32,000 bases of DNA from Archaeoglobus fulgidus DSM 4304 (GCF_000008665.1 NC_000917.1:1320001-1352000); one strand, 5' to 3'. Shown: positions 7,611 to 17,253, counted from the first letter of the stretch. Translations and numbers: made by a program. The notes: generated by a model from the letters alone, not told the origin.

Positions 7611-7654
7611 AATGGACCAAAAATGCACATCTTTCTTTCTCCCAGGTTATATAC
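7611..7654 (+). promoter_or_regulatory. Shared promoter element copy 4
   Basis: aatggaccaaaaatgcacatctttctttctcccaggttatatac. Confidence 0.7.
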
Positions 7655-7674
7655 TCCCCGCTGCCAGTTAAGGC

Positions 7675-9144
7675 ATGAGAGGAATTTGGATTGCTGGACT
7701 CGTAATGCTTCTCTTAATTGTCCCTTCGGTGGCGGAGGAAAACAGCAGCATTGCTATCCAGAACCTCAACGTGGAGCCGCAGAGGCTTTTCGTAGGAGAT
7801 TCCGCAATCGTTACCGTGACTCTCTACAACCCCCTCGAAAGCGCTGTTAAGGTCTCCTCAGTGAGCGTTTTGGGATCCGGTATATCCTACGACTCCTTCG
7901 AGCTCGGCTACATACCGCCGAAGTCCACTCACACCTTCAGCTTCGCCGTTAAAGCTGTAAAGGAAGGTGTGCACAACGTAGAGGTTGCGTTTTACACGGA
8001 AAGCGGTGCGGTGAGGAGCTACTTCACGCTTTTTGTTGAAAACAGGATGCCTGAAATCGCCTTTAGCGAGAACGTGAAGGTTGGGGAGGTCAACAACCTG
8101 AGCCTCATCATCTCCTCTCCCGTAGAGATAGAGAATGTCGTCATCGACCCCCTCTTCGAGTCAGAGCCCGACAGAATCATCCTTTCGTCGGTTTCGGGAA
8201 CCGCTGAAGTCCCCATCAGATTCTTCGGCGAGCGGAGCGATTACGAGTTCAGAGTCTCCTTCTACAGCGGCAACAACTACCACAGCTACACCGCTAAGCT
8301 CACACCTGCCTTTGAAGAGGGGAGTGAGCTTGCCGTGAGCGTCTCGGTTCCTCAGTCCTCGGCCTTCCTCTACGACGTGGTGGAGATTTCCGCAACAATC
8401 ACCAACCTGAAAGATGATGCTGTCAGCGCAATCAAATTCTCCGCCTCGTCGAACAACGGAAAGGTCCTGCTCTCCACCGACGAAATTGCTGAACTTGAAA
8501 GCGGCGAAAGCTCGGAAGTCACCCTCCTTTACTCCCCAGAACGGAGTGGGAGGGATGTGATAACCCTTGCAATCAGCTACAAAGACGGGATGGGAAAAGA
8601 GAGGACGCTGGAGAAGGCTGTAAACATCGATGTTCAGGACAGCTCCGCCGTCGACGTTTCGGGAGTTGAAATAGAGGCAAAGGCGACATCCTCAGCCTCC
8701 GCTCCGCCGAGGGGGATGTTTGGTCCCACATCAAGCTCGGTCTCAACGAGAGTGGAGATAACTGTAAGCGGCGAAGTTGTGAACAGGGGATTCAGCTACG
8801 CAAAGAACGTCCTCGTTTACCTTGACTTCGGAAGCGATACCGAGGAGTACTTTGTGGGAGAGGTGGAGCCCTCAGACTCGGACAGCTTCAGCATTCCCGC
8901 AAGCGGAAGTGAGAGGAGTGTTAAGGTTGTTGTGGAGTGGACCAACGAGCTTGGAGAGGTGCACAGCATTTCCAAGAGCTACCAGCTCAATCCCATAACG
9001 GTAAGCACAACATCACCACCGCAGCGCCAGAGCCTTCTGACACCTCTGAATCTGGCAGCAGTCGCAATTGCTGCCGTCGGTGGAGTTCTGGTTTTCAGAA
9101 AATGGAGGAGCAGGAGAAAGAATGAAAGTAATAGAGCTGGTTGA
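7675..9144 (+). CDS. Exported CARDB/NEW3-like beta-domain protein with C-terminal TM, partner of ABC exporter
   Basis: Signal peptide GIWIAGLVMLLLIVPSVAEE; repeated Ig-like segments; C-terminal TM LAAVAIAAVGGVLVFRKWRSRRK; overlaps the ABC ATPase start. Confidence 0.7.
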   Translation: MRGIWIAGLVMLLLIVPSVAEENSSIAIQNLNVEPQRLFVGDSAIVTVTLYNPLESAVKVSSVSVLGSGISYDSFELGYIPPKSTHTFSFAVKAVKEGVHNVEVAFYTESGAVRSYFTLFVENRMPEIAFSENVKVGEVNNLSLIISSPVEIENVVIDPLFESEPDRIILSSVSGTAEVPIRFFGERSDYEFRVSFYSGNNYHSYTAKLTPAFEEGSELAVSVSVPQSSAFLYDVVEISATITNLKDDAVSAIKFSASSNNGKVLLSTDEIAELESGESSEVTLLYSPERSGRDVITLAISYKDGMGKERTLEKAVNIDVQDSSAVDVSGVEIEAKATSSASAPPRGMFGPTSSSVSTRVEITVSGEVVNRGFSYAKNVLVYLDFGSDTEEYFVGEVEPSDSDSFSIPASGSERSVKVVVEWTNELGEVHSISKSYQLNPITVSTTSPPQRQSLLTPLNLAAVAIAAVGGVLVFRKWRSRRKNESNRAG

Positions 9145-9802
9145 TGTTTACAAAATTTACAGGACTGCATACTACGAGGTCCACGCCCTCGATGGTGTGA
9201 GCATGGAGGTTGAAGCAGGGGAGTTCGTTGCGATAATGGGGCCGTCGGGCAGCGGCAAGTCAACGCTGCTCAACATGATAGGCTGCCTCGACAAACCGAC
9301 GAAGGGCGAGGTAATCATAAACGGAGTCAAAACGTCAGGGCTGAGCGACAGAGAGCTCACCAAGCTTCGCAGAGATTCGATTGGCTTCATCTTTCAGCAG
9401 TACAATTTGATACCTACTCTCACCGCCCTGGAGAATGTGGAGCTGCCGATGATTTTCCGCGGTGTTGCGAGGGCGGAGAGGGAGAGGAGGGCGAAAGAGC
9501 TTCTCAAAGTGGTGGGAATTGAGGAGCTTGCGGACAGAAGGCCAAGGGAGATGAGTGGAGGGCAGCAGCAGAGAGTGGCAATTGCAAGGGCTCTGGCAAA
9601 CAACCCGAAAATTTTGCTGTGTGATGAGCCCACTGGAAACCTCGACACCAAGTCTGGGAGGCAGGTTATGGGCATTCTCAAAAACCTGAATGAGGAGAAT
9701 GGGGTTACCGTCGTTCTCGTCACCCACGACCCATCTCTTTCGGAATACGCTGACAGAGTCATCAGAATCAGGGACGGGAAGGTGGTGGAGGATGTATATT
9801 GA
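9122..9802 (+). CDS. MacB/LolD-type ABC transporter ATP-binding protein
   Basis: Walker A GPSGSGKST, signature MSGGQQQRVAIARAL, Walker B ILLCDEPTGNLD; ATG at 9122 preferred. Confidence 0.93.
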   Translation: MKVIELVDVYKIYRTAYYEVHALDGVSMEVEAGEFVAIMGPSGSGKSTLLNMIGCLDKPTKGEVIINGVKTSGLSDRELTKLRRDSIGFIFQQYNLIPTLTALENVELPMIFRGVARAERERRAKELLKVVGIEELADRRPREMSGGQQQRVAIARALANNPKILLCDEPTGNLDTKSGRQVMGILKNLNEENGVTVVLVTHDPSLSEYADRVIRIRDGKVVEDVY

Positions 9803-10919
9803 GCTCGCCGTCAGAAACCTCGAGAGGGCGAGGGCGAGGAGTATTCTGGCCGTGGTCGGAATAATCATCGGAGTTGTGGCTGTAGCCTCCATCGGCATCT
9901 TCGGCAACGCGATGAAGCAGACCGTGCTGGAAAGGTTCGAGGATCAGGCGGATACCATAGTGATAACTCCGAGATACACAGAGGGTTATTCCGGGATAGA
10001 GGAGGACGATTTCGAGCTGATAAAGAGGGTTGAGAGAATAGAGTACGCCATTGCGGTAAAGGATGAGAGGGGGGAGGTCGAGTACGAGGACAGGAAAGCC
10101 TTCCTTACGGTTTACGGAGTGGACGGGGATGACCTTGAGCTGCTTTACGACGCCTACGAGGGCAGCATAAAGCTCAAGGGCACTGCGGTCGTGGGATACA
10201 GGCTTGCGGAGGACTTCGGGCTGGAGGTGGGGGACAAAATCTCTGTCGAGGGCAAAACGTTCAAGGTTGCAGCTATACTTGAGCAACAGGGGATGGGGGG
10301 AGGAATCAACCCGGACATGGCCGTTTTCATCTCAATGGAGGACTTCGACAGGCTCTACGATCAGGAGGGCTACACCTCGGTTATAGTGGAGGCGGAGAGT
10401 CTGGAATACATCGAAGCGATCGAGGAGGAAATTGACAGCACGCTGAACAAAAAGGATGAGAAGGTGGACATAAGAGACTTCGAATCGCTGATAGAGAGCG
10501 TTGAAGAGAGCCTGAACTCGATGACGCAGTTCCTGATGGCAATAGCCGCAGTATCGCTTCTCGTTGCTGGAGTGAGCATCCTGAACATCATGCTGATGTC
10601 AACGATCGAGAGGACGAAGGAGATTGGTGTTATGAGAGCCATAGGAGCGTTCAGAGAAAACATTATGATGATATTTCTGCTTGAAGCGCTGATTCTCGGA
10701 TTGACGGGCAGCGTTTTTGGGGCTGTTATGAGCGTTGCGGGCGGTTATGCTATAATCTCGATGATGGGTTTCTCCACAGCATACGTCCTCCATCCATCCT
10801 CCGCACTCTACATTGCAGAGGGCTTTGCGGTGGGAGTTCTTACAGCAGTTGCGAGCGGTCTTTACCCGGCATGGAAGGCGAGCAAGCTTGAGCCGATTGA
10901 GGCGCTGAGGTACGAATGA
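9792..10919 (+). CDS. FtsX/MacB-family ABC transporter permease
   Basis: N-terminal ELAVRNLERARARSILAVVGIIIGVVAVASI, MacB-PCD-like core, C-terminal ERTKEIGVMRAIGA and GLYPAWKASKLEPIEALRYE; ATG at 9792 overlaps ATPase end. Confidence 0.93.
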   Translation: MYIELAVRNLERARARSILAVVGIIIGVVAVASIGIFGNAMKQTVLERFEDQADTIVITPRYTEGYSGIEEDDFELIKRVERIEYAIAVKDERGEVEYEDRKAFLTVYGVDGDDLELLYDAYEGSIKLKGTAVVGYRLAEDFGLEVGDKISVEGKTFKVAAILEQQGMGGGINPDMAVFISMEDFDRLYDQEGYTSVIVEAESLEYIEAIEEEIDSTLNKKDEKVDIRDFESLIESVEESLNSMTQFLMAIAAVSLLVAGVSILNIMLMSTIERTKEIGVMRAIGAFRENIMMIFLLEALILGLTGSVFGAVMSVAGGYAIISMMGFSTAYVLHPSSALYIAEGFAVGVLTAVASGLYPAWKASKLEPIEALRYE

Positions 10920-10988
10920 CCTTTGCCGGTATTTTTACCTTGAAAAGAGAGGAACTAATAAAAGCAGAGGGGGGTTGAAGACTACGGA

Positions 10989-12332
10989 ATGAAGAACGTG
11001 GAGGTTCTTACAGGAGACCCGAAAAAGGCCATTCTGAAGCTTTCGGCACCGATGGTAGTCAGCAACTTGATTTTCACTCTTTACAACCTCGTGGACGGCA
11101 TATGGGTGGCGGGACTCGGCCCGGATGCGCTCTCCGCTGTGGGCCTGTTCTTCCCCATTTTCTTCGTCTTCATCGCAATATCGTTCGGTCTGAGCGTTGG
11201 GGCAAATTCTGCGGTATCGAGAAGAATCGGCGCGAAGAGATACGATGCTGCATGCGTTGCCGCCACTCTCGCGGTGGCAATGGGGATCCTTGTATCGATT
11301 CCCATGACCCTGTCGGTAGTGTTCCTCAATGGTGTGATGGTGTTTCTCGGTGCGGACGGGGAGATTTTGAGGCTGGCCGTCGATTACGGAAGCATCATGG
11401 TTCTCGGAAGCGTTTTTCTGGTTTTCAGCAACGTTTCGGCAGGGATTCTCAACGGAGAGGGGAATGCGAGAATGGCCATGTATGCCAACGCTGCCGGAAG
11501 CCTTCTGAACATGGTTCTCGACCCCATTTTCATCTACCTGCTCGGCTACGGTATTGCGGGTGCGGCGATTGCAAGCGTAATTTCCATGGCTCTCTCCTCA
11601 ATCGTTTTCTCATTCTGGTTTTTGAGCGGGAGAAGCTACGTGAGGTTCAGGGTTGCGGGATGGAACTTGCCGACAGTGTTCGACCTTCTTAGAGTCGGCA
11701 TGCCGGCTTCTCTCTCGATGCTGACGATGTCTGTTGCCTTCATGCTGATAAACCGCGTCGTCATCGAAACGGGAGGAAGTGAGGGGCTGGCAGCATACAC
11801 GAGTGCGTGGAGGCTGATTCAGTTCGGCTTTGTCCCGCTTTTTGGAGTTAGTGCTGCTTTAACGGCAGTTTCAGGCGCAGCTTACGGGGCGAGAAATCCG
11901 AGGAAGATTGGTGAGTCCCTGAATTACACCGTGAAGCTTCTGCTGGCAGTTGATGCAGCGATACTCGCCTTAATGGTAGCTTTCGCCCCTCAGATAGCTC
12001 TGATTTTCACATACACCGAAGTTTCAGCCGTAATGTATGAGGAGATAGTCCGAACAATCAGGATTGCGGCATTCGTTCTGCTTTTCGCTCCGCTCGGAGT
12101 CTCCTCATCTGCCGTTTTTCAGGGGATGGGAAAGGGAGAGAGGAGCTTTGCGATAACCGTTTTGAGGGCGATTGTTTTTCAGGTATCGCTTTGCTACGTT
12201 CTCGCCGTGCCATTTGGATTCGACGGAGTTCTTCTTGGCTTCGTTCTGGGGGAGGCGCTTGGATGCTTTACAGGTTTCAGCTGGGTAAGATTGACTGTGA
12301 GAAGGCTCGAAAGATGTCTGCTGAGCACTTAA
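10989..12332 (+). CDS. MATE-family multidrug/Na+ efflux protein
   Basis: 447 aa, 12-TM pattern; APMVVSNLIFTLYNLVDGIWVAGLGPDALSAVGLFFP. Confidence 0.88.
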   Translation: MKNVEVLTGDPKKAILKLSAPMVVSNLIFTLYNLVDGIWVAGLGPDALSAVGLFFPIFFVFIAISFGLSVGANSAVSRRIGAKRYDAACVAATLAVAMGILVSIPMTLSVVFLNGVMVFLGADGEILRLAVDYGSIMVLGSVFLVFSNVSAGILNGEGNARMAMYANAAGSLLNMVLDPIFIYLLGYGIAGAAIASVISMALSSIVFSFWFLSGRSYVRFRVAGWNLPTVFDLLRVGMPASLSMLTMSVAFMLINRVVIETGGSEGLAAYTSAWRLIQFGFVPLFGVSAALTAVSGAAYGARNPRKIGESLNYTVKLLLAVDAAILALMVAFAPQIALIFTYTEVSAVMYEEIVRTIRIAAFVLLFAPLGVSSSAVFQGMGKGERSFAITVLRAIVFQVSLCYVLAVPFGFDGVLLGFVLGEALGCFTGFSWVRLTVRRLERCLLST

Positions 12333-12421
12333 TATTCTCCCATTGCAATTACAACTCTTTTCGCAGTTGGATAGCGCTTGCAAGGCTGCGAGGGCACTTC
12401 TGGGCAAAAGCTCGATGGGGG

Positions 12422-13885
12422 CTATCTCTCCCACGTCTTCCTTAAAAACTCCCTTATCACTTCCGACTCAATCCATCCCCTGTCAAGGTCCCTGATGAGC
12501 TTCTCAATCCTCTTTACCTGCTCGATAATCTTCTTCCTGACTTTCTCGTCTTCAACCTCCATTTCTGTTATGAGCTGCAAGGCTGCGAGTGGATTGCGGA
12601 TGTGGTCAACGAGAATGGCGAACTGCTCGATGTTCCTCTCAATCTGCTCGTAGGCGAGAAACTTCTCCTCTTCGAGCTGAATGGCGTTCAGGGCAAAAGC
12701 CACGTCTGCTGAGAGCGTAGTTAGAATTTCAACCTCGTCTTCGGAGAAGGGTCTGTCCGAGTGGATTATAATGACTCCCTTAACCTTTTCATCGTAAACC
12801 ATGGGAATCGTGAGGGCATAAAAGCTGCCATGAACGCTGATGTGCTTGCAGCCCTTTATGTGCCTGTCAGGTTCAAGTCTCACGGTTCTCTTGCTTGTAA
12901 TGGCCTCCTTTACGCACTCAGAACCCTCAGCACCCTTTGGATAGAAGACCATCTCGCCATCCTTAGCCACTCCGACGAAAACTGAGGGGTAAAATTCCGA
13001 GAGCTTTTCCACTATTGCTTCAACAAGGTCGTCTGCATCCCTCTCTCTGACAAGAAGGTCGTTGATGTCGTTGACAATTCTCAAAAGCCTGTTCAGCCTT
13101 TTAATCTCCTCCTCATACTCCTTTCTCTTGGTTACATCTCTCGCTATCCCCTGAACCCCCACCAGCTTTCCATTCTCGTAAATCGGTCTTGTTTTCACTT
13201 CAAGCCACAGCAATCTTCCATCCTTGGTTTTGCATAGAACCTCGAAGGGCTCTTCATTTGGCTCGCTCTGAAGAGTTCTTTTCATTCTCTCTTTTACGAG
13301 TTCAGCAGAATCGCCTACCAGCACATCCCAGATGGTAAGCTTTCCAAGGTCTTCAAGAGAGTAGCCGAATCCCTCTATTGCTGCTCTGTTTACGGCTGTG
13401 AACCTCCCCTCAAGGTCGTGGACATAAAGAAAGTCATTGGCGTTTTCCCATAAGTCTCTATACCTTCTTTCACTTTCCTCAAGCTTTCTGTAGGCTTCTT
13501 CTATCTCTTTCTCCCTTTTCTTCTTCTCAATAGCGTTTTTCACAGCCAGCGGGAGGCGGCGAATGTGCTTGGGCGATTTTAGAACGTAGTCGTCGAATCC
13601 CTCTTTCATCGCCTCAACAGCAATTTCCTCATCGCCTGTCAGTGTGAGCATAATCACTGGCGTAAAGGGCGAAACCTGCTTTACAGCCTTTAAAACGTCG
13701 AAGCCTGTCCCCCACCTCAGCCTGTAGTCGGTGATGACAGCATCAAAGTTGAAGTTTTCGAGAGCTTTCTCCAGATCCTCTTTTGAGAGTATTTCAACCA
13801 CTTCCAAATCCGCAAACTCTTTTTTAAGCTCTCTCACAGCCAGAATTCTGTCATCCGGGTTGTCATCGGCTATAAGTATTCTCAT
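12422..13885 (-). CDS. Response regulator-PAS-GAF-DHp hybrid protein without HATPase_c domain
   Basis: Receiver MRILIADDNPDDR...VITDYRL, PAS YRDLWENANDFLYVHDLEGRFTAVN, GAF, H-box-like VDHIRNPLAALQ, then stop; start moved to internal Met. Confidence 0.8.
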   Translation of the reverse strand: MRILIADDNPDDRILAVRELKKEFADLEVVEILSKEDLEKALENFNFDAVITDYRLRWGTGFDVLKAVKQVSPFTPVIMLTLTGDEEIAVEAMKEGFDDYVLKSPKHIRRLPLAVKNAIEKKKREKEIEEAYRKLEESERRYRDLWENANDFLYVHDLEGRFTAVNRAAIEGFGYSLEDLGKLTIWDVLVGDSAELVKERMKRTLQSEPNEEPFEVLCKTKDGRLLWLEVKTRPIYENGKLVGVQGIARDVTKRKEYEEEIKRLNRLLRIVNDINDLLVRERDADDLVEAIVEKLSEFYPSVFVGVAKDGEMVFYPKGAEGSECVKEAITSKRTVRLEPDRHIKGCKHISVHGSFYALTIPMVYDEKVKGVIIIHSDRPFSEDEVEILTTLSADVAFALNAIQLEEEKFLAYEQIERNIEQFAILVDHIRNPLAALQLITEMEVEDEKVRKKIIEQVKRIEKLIRDLDRGWIESEVIREFLRKTWER

Positions 13886-13886
13886 C

Positions 13887-14288
13887 TCAAACCTCCGGTT
13901 TCTCATTAAGAATTAGCCAGTAAATATTCATATGTTTGGTGAGATTCAGTAAATCCTCAAAGCGGACAGGCTTCACAAGGTAGGAGTTTGCTCCGAGGTC
14001 GTAAGCTCTGTTTATGTCCTCTCCATTTCTTGATGAAGTTAAAACAACCACGGGAATCCTCTTCAGCCTTTCCTTCGATTTAACCCACTTCAGAACTTCA
14101 AAACCCGAAACCTTTGGAAGCTTTAAGTCAAGGAGAATCAGCACGGGCTTGTTTTCTTGCAGGTAGCTTATCGCCTCCTCCCCATCCTTCGCCACATCAA
14201 GGGGATTGATTATCTTGGCCTTCTCAAAAGCCCTCTTAATCATGAAAACATCGTCTGGATTATCCTCAACCAGCAGGATTCTGTCCAT
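13887..14288 (-). CDS. Single-domain CheY-like response regulator
   Basis: MDRILLVEDNPDDVFMIKRAFEKA...PVLILLDLKLPKVSGFEVL...VVLTSS...YLVKPVRFEDLLNL; start at Met of 14288. Confidence 0.9.
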   Translation of the reverse strand: MDRILLVEDNPDDVFMIKRAFEKAKIINPLDVAKDGEEAISYLQENKPVLILLDLKLPKVSGFEVLKWVKSKERLKRIPVVVLTSSRNGEDINRAYDLGANSYLVKPVRFEDLLNLTKHMNIYWLILNEKPEV

Positions 14289-14386
14289 CTTCACACCTCT
14301 GATTATCCTGCGATTGACACTATCCCATTCAAAATTAAATATTTTTCGTGTGATTACCGCTGCTCCGCCAACATAATCAAAAACTT

Positions 14387-15733
14387 TCAGACGACAAAGT
14401 AAACCCACCACTCCCTTTTCGCTCTGACATCAAAGCTTCCTTCAGCGACTCTGAACTCGCATCCAATTCTGAACTTCCCCCTGGCCTTCTTCAAAGCCCT
14501 CTCCACCTCCACAGCATTGCTCTCAACAATAATTTTCCTTTCCCTGATGTCGAAGAATATCCTGCCATCGTAAATCTCGGCAATGGCATTCCTGATTTCG
14601 TAGCTGTTCAAAATCTCACACCCCTCTCTCCAGTATCCTCCAGCGTAAATTTCTCTTCCTCTATCTTCGCCAACCTTTATGGGCATCCTCAGAATCTCTC
14701 TGTAAAGAGTTGGGGGATTTTTGCTCTCCAGAATCACCGCATCTCCCGTTTCAATGTTTATTCTTTCAGCATTGCACACCAGCAACTCCCCATAATACCT
14801 TTTGGTTCTCGTTAAGGGCTTGAAGTCCTCTCTGAAAACTGGAATGTTCAGCGGAAAGACGAAGAGGTTATCGCCTAAGCACAGACTGCTTGCAAAAGGC
14901 CCAATCTCACTGGAAACGTAGAGGTTGCACTTTTTCTTCACAAACCTGTTTATGAGCTCCCACCTCTTTTTTGTCAGGGATGAGAAGCTGAAGATGAAGG
15001 TCGCATTTTTGATTTTGTCCCAGAGCATGGCGTGTATTTCCTTTACAGCCTTCTCAAAGGTTAGTTTCAGAATTCTTCGCAAATCCTCGCCAATCTCACT
15101 TCTCACTGCTAAACTCGCCTTTAATCCCTTTGCCAGCAGATTTATGTCAGCCCACCTCGCTATGGTTGAGGCCGGAGCTGAAACCACATCAACTCTCTCC
15201 ATCTCAAGGATGGCGGAAAGAACATCGAGTCTCCTTGAATTCGGATATGTGGAGATTACGTAGTCGGCATCAAACATGGCCAAAGCCAGCCTTTGCGAGA
15301 ATTCCGATGACAGCAACGCGACGTTTCCATTCTCATCAACTCCATCCCCCTCCCTTCTCCCGGCAACAAATATCACCGTCCCTCCTCCTCCCTTCTCAAG
15401 CCCTGCAGAGTTGAAAATCGCATACATGCCCGGCATCCAGTTTTTAACAAGCATATCTCGGCTGAGAAGGTAATACTTTGGGCTTCCGGACGTTCCAGAG
15501 GTGTGGAGTATAACCGAGTTCTCAACGCCCTCCAGTGACTTCAGGGCGAAGCTGGCTGGATTTGCTGTCGTATTCGGGACTTCATCGAAATCCCTGCCCG
15601 TGTTTTTCCCAGCGAGCTCTTCAAACTCCTCTGCCGATAAATGGGGCCATTCACGCCACTCTGGCCTTTTAAAACTCACTGCATGGGCTATCTCTCTTAT
15701 TCTCTCCTGAACTTTACGGTCAAAGTCCATCAT
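14387..15733 (-). CDS. Acyl-protein synthetase (LuxE)/AMP-forming ligase-like protein
   Basis: Adenylation signature ILHTSGTSGSPKYYLLSRDML; STYPNSRR...; ELLVCNAERINIETGDAVIL. Confidence 0.65.
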   Translation of the reverse strand: MMDFDRKVQERIREIAHAVSFKRPEWREWPHLSAEEFEELAGKNTGRDFDEVPNTTANPASFALKSLEGVENSVILHTSGTSGSPKYYLLSRDMLVKNWMPGMYAIFNSAGLEKGGGGTVIFVAGRREGDGVDENGNVALLSSEFSQRLALAMFDADYVISTYPNSRRLDVLSAILEMERVDVVSAPASTIARWADINLLAKGLKASLAVRSEIGEDLRRILKLTFEKAVKEIHAMLWDKIKNATFIFSFSSLTKKRWELINRFVKKKCNLYVSSEIGPFASSLCLGDNLFVFPLNIPVFREDFKPLTRTKRYYGELLVCNAERINIETGDAVILESKNPPTLYREILRMPIKVGEDRGREIYAGGYWREGCEILNSYEIRNAIAEIYDGRIFFDIRERKIIVESNAVEVERALKKARGKFRIGCEFRVAEGSFDVRAKREWWVYFVV

Positions 15734-16191
15734 GCGTTCAGAAGATAGATGGCGAAGTTCAGGGCACTTGCAAACAGTATCCAGCCGAGATAGGGCAGGA
15801 GAAGCAATGAAGCCTTGGAGTGATGATAGATGTAAACAATCGTCAGTATTACGGCGATGTCCAGAGCGATAATGTCCACCAATCCGGCGAGAGGATTCTG
15901 GAGACCAAAGAAGAGGATAGACCAGAGGAAGTTGAGTCCGAGCTGCGTGAAGAATGTGGCTTTCACTCTGGAATCATTCCAGAACCCATTTTCCCATGCG
16001 ATGTAAAGAACTATCCCAATCAGGAAGTAGAGCAATGTCCAAGCTGGACCGAAAAGCCAGTTGGGGGGAGTGAAAAAGGGCTTTTCAACTCCTGCATACC
16101 AAGTCTGCACAGATTGAGCTGTGAAAAAGGAGCCAGCGAAACCTATTGCCAGAACTGCTAAGATGGATGCCACAAGCTTCAGTATGTTCAT
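15730..16191 (-). CDS. TspO/MBR family (tryptophan-rich sensory) protein
   Basis: WYAGVEKPFFTPPNWLFGPAWTLLYFLIGIVLYIAWENG; 5-TM hydrophobicity; start-stop overlap with the LuxE-like gene. Confidence 0.9.
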   Translation of the reverse strand: MNILKLVASILAVLAIGFAGSFFTAQSVQTWYAGVEKPFFTPPNWLFGPAWTLLYFLIGIVLYIAWENGFWNDSRVKATFFTQLGLNFLWSILFFGLQNPLAGLVDIIALDIAVILTIVYIYHHSKASLLLLPYLGWILFASALNFAIYLLNA

Positions 16192-16444
16192 GGGTATAGT
16201 TAAATTTAAAGTATAAAAGATTTGGCGAGGTTTTAAATTTACGAGTGCTTTTTAAAAAAGAAAAATCGCTTTCAATCGAGCTTAAAAGCCACTTTGCTTA
16301 ATGGAGGATAAGCTTTCGGGCTATAAGCTCGCTCAAAGCCAACTTCAAACTTTTTTACCTGAAAAGCCAAATGAAATTTCGGCCCTCGCTGTTCCAGAAA
16401 CCATAATATTCACGAAGCTACAAACTCATCAGAGGGGGTTTAAA

Positions 16445-16834
16445 ATGAAAATAAAAATGGTTAGCATTTACGTGGATGACGTCGAAAAAGCCTTTAGATT
16501 CTACACTGAGGTTTTAGGTTTTAAGGAAAAACTCCACACGCCAGAATACGGGCTTGCAATCGTTGTTTCCCCAGAAGATCCAGATGGGACTGCCCTTTTA
16601 CTCGAACCAAATGAAAATTCGATTGCAAAGAATTATCAGACCTCTCTCTTCAGGGCAGGGATACCGGTTATGGTTTTCGGGACAGATGACATTTACAGAG
16701 ATTACGAGAGGTTAAAGCAGAAGGGGGTTAAATTCAGAGGAGAGCCCCAGAAAACCGAGTGGGGATTGCAGGTTGATTTTGAGGACACATGCGGTAATTT
16801 AATAAGATTTCATCAGGATTTACAGGCTCGATAA
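16445..16834 (+). CDS. Glyoxalase/bleomycin-resistance/dioxygenase (VOC) superfamily protein
   Basis: MKIKMVSIYVDDVEKAFRFYTEVLGFKEKLHTPEYGLAIV...VDFEDTCGNLIRFHQ; Met at 16445 preferred over 16301. Confidence 0.88.
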   Translation: MKIKMVSIYVDDVEKAFRFYTEVLGFKEKLHTPEYGLAIVVSPEDPDGTALLLEPNENSIAKNYQTSLFRAGIPVMVFGTDDIYRDYERLKQKGVKFRGEPQKTEWGLQVDFEDTCGNLIRFHQDLQAR

Positions 16835-16866
16835 TGATTTAACTCGACGGGATTTACACCTCTATA

Positions 16867-17253
16867 ATGAAACTCCAAAACTACTTCAAAAATGGCAGGG
16901 TTTATGTCTGGAAAGAAACTTTTGCAATCGTAAAATCAAAGAAAGCCTGCCCCAATGCCTTTGCGAATATTGTTGATAAAAACGAAATAACTGTGATTAT
17001 AGAGCAGCCAAAAGTTAACGAAGATGATGTTATCGAAATTGAAAGGGGCTGGAAAATACTGACATTTGATATGGTGCTGCCCTTTGGACTGGTTGGATTT
17101 TTAGCGAAAATTTCTCAGGCTCTTGCGGATGAAAAAATTCCCATCTTTGTTATTTCCGCTTATTCAACAGACCACATTCTTGTGAGAGAAGAGGATTTAG
17201 CGAAGGCGGTGAAGAAACTTGAAAGTCTGGGTTTTGAGGTTGCGGAAAAATGA
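16867..17253 (+). CDS. ACT-domain protein
   Basis: MVLPFGLVGFLAKISQALADEKIPIFVISAYSTDHILVREEDLAKAVKKLESLGF. Confidence 0.8.
   Translation: MKLQNYFKNGRVYVWKETFAIVKSKKACPNAFANIVDKNEITVIIEQPKVNEDDVIEIERGWKILTFDMVLPFGLVGFLAKISQALADEKIPIFVISAYSTDHILVREEDLAKAVKKLESLGFEVAEK

Noticed and set aside
7447-7640. Minus-strand small ORF (about 58 aa, ...KGEGCGCRKSEKRSNLEILVREALEAVTAQTRIV)
   Set aside because: Cys-rich and slightly protein-like, but it starts inside promoter element copy 4 and has no clear RBS; not supportable without homologs.
11102-11692. 196-aa plus-strand ORF inside the MATE gene
   Set aside because: Out-of-frame shadow of a clear membrane transporter.
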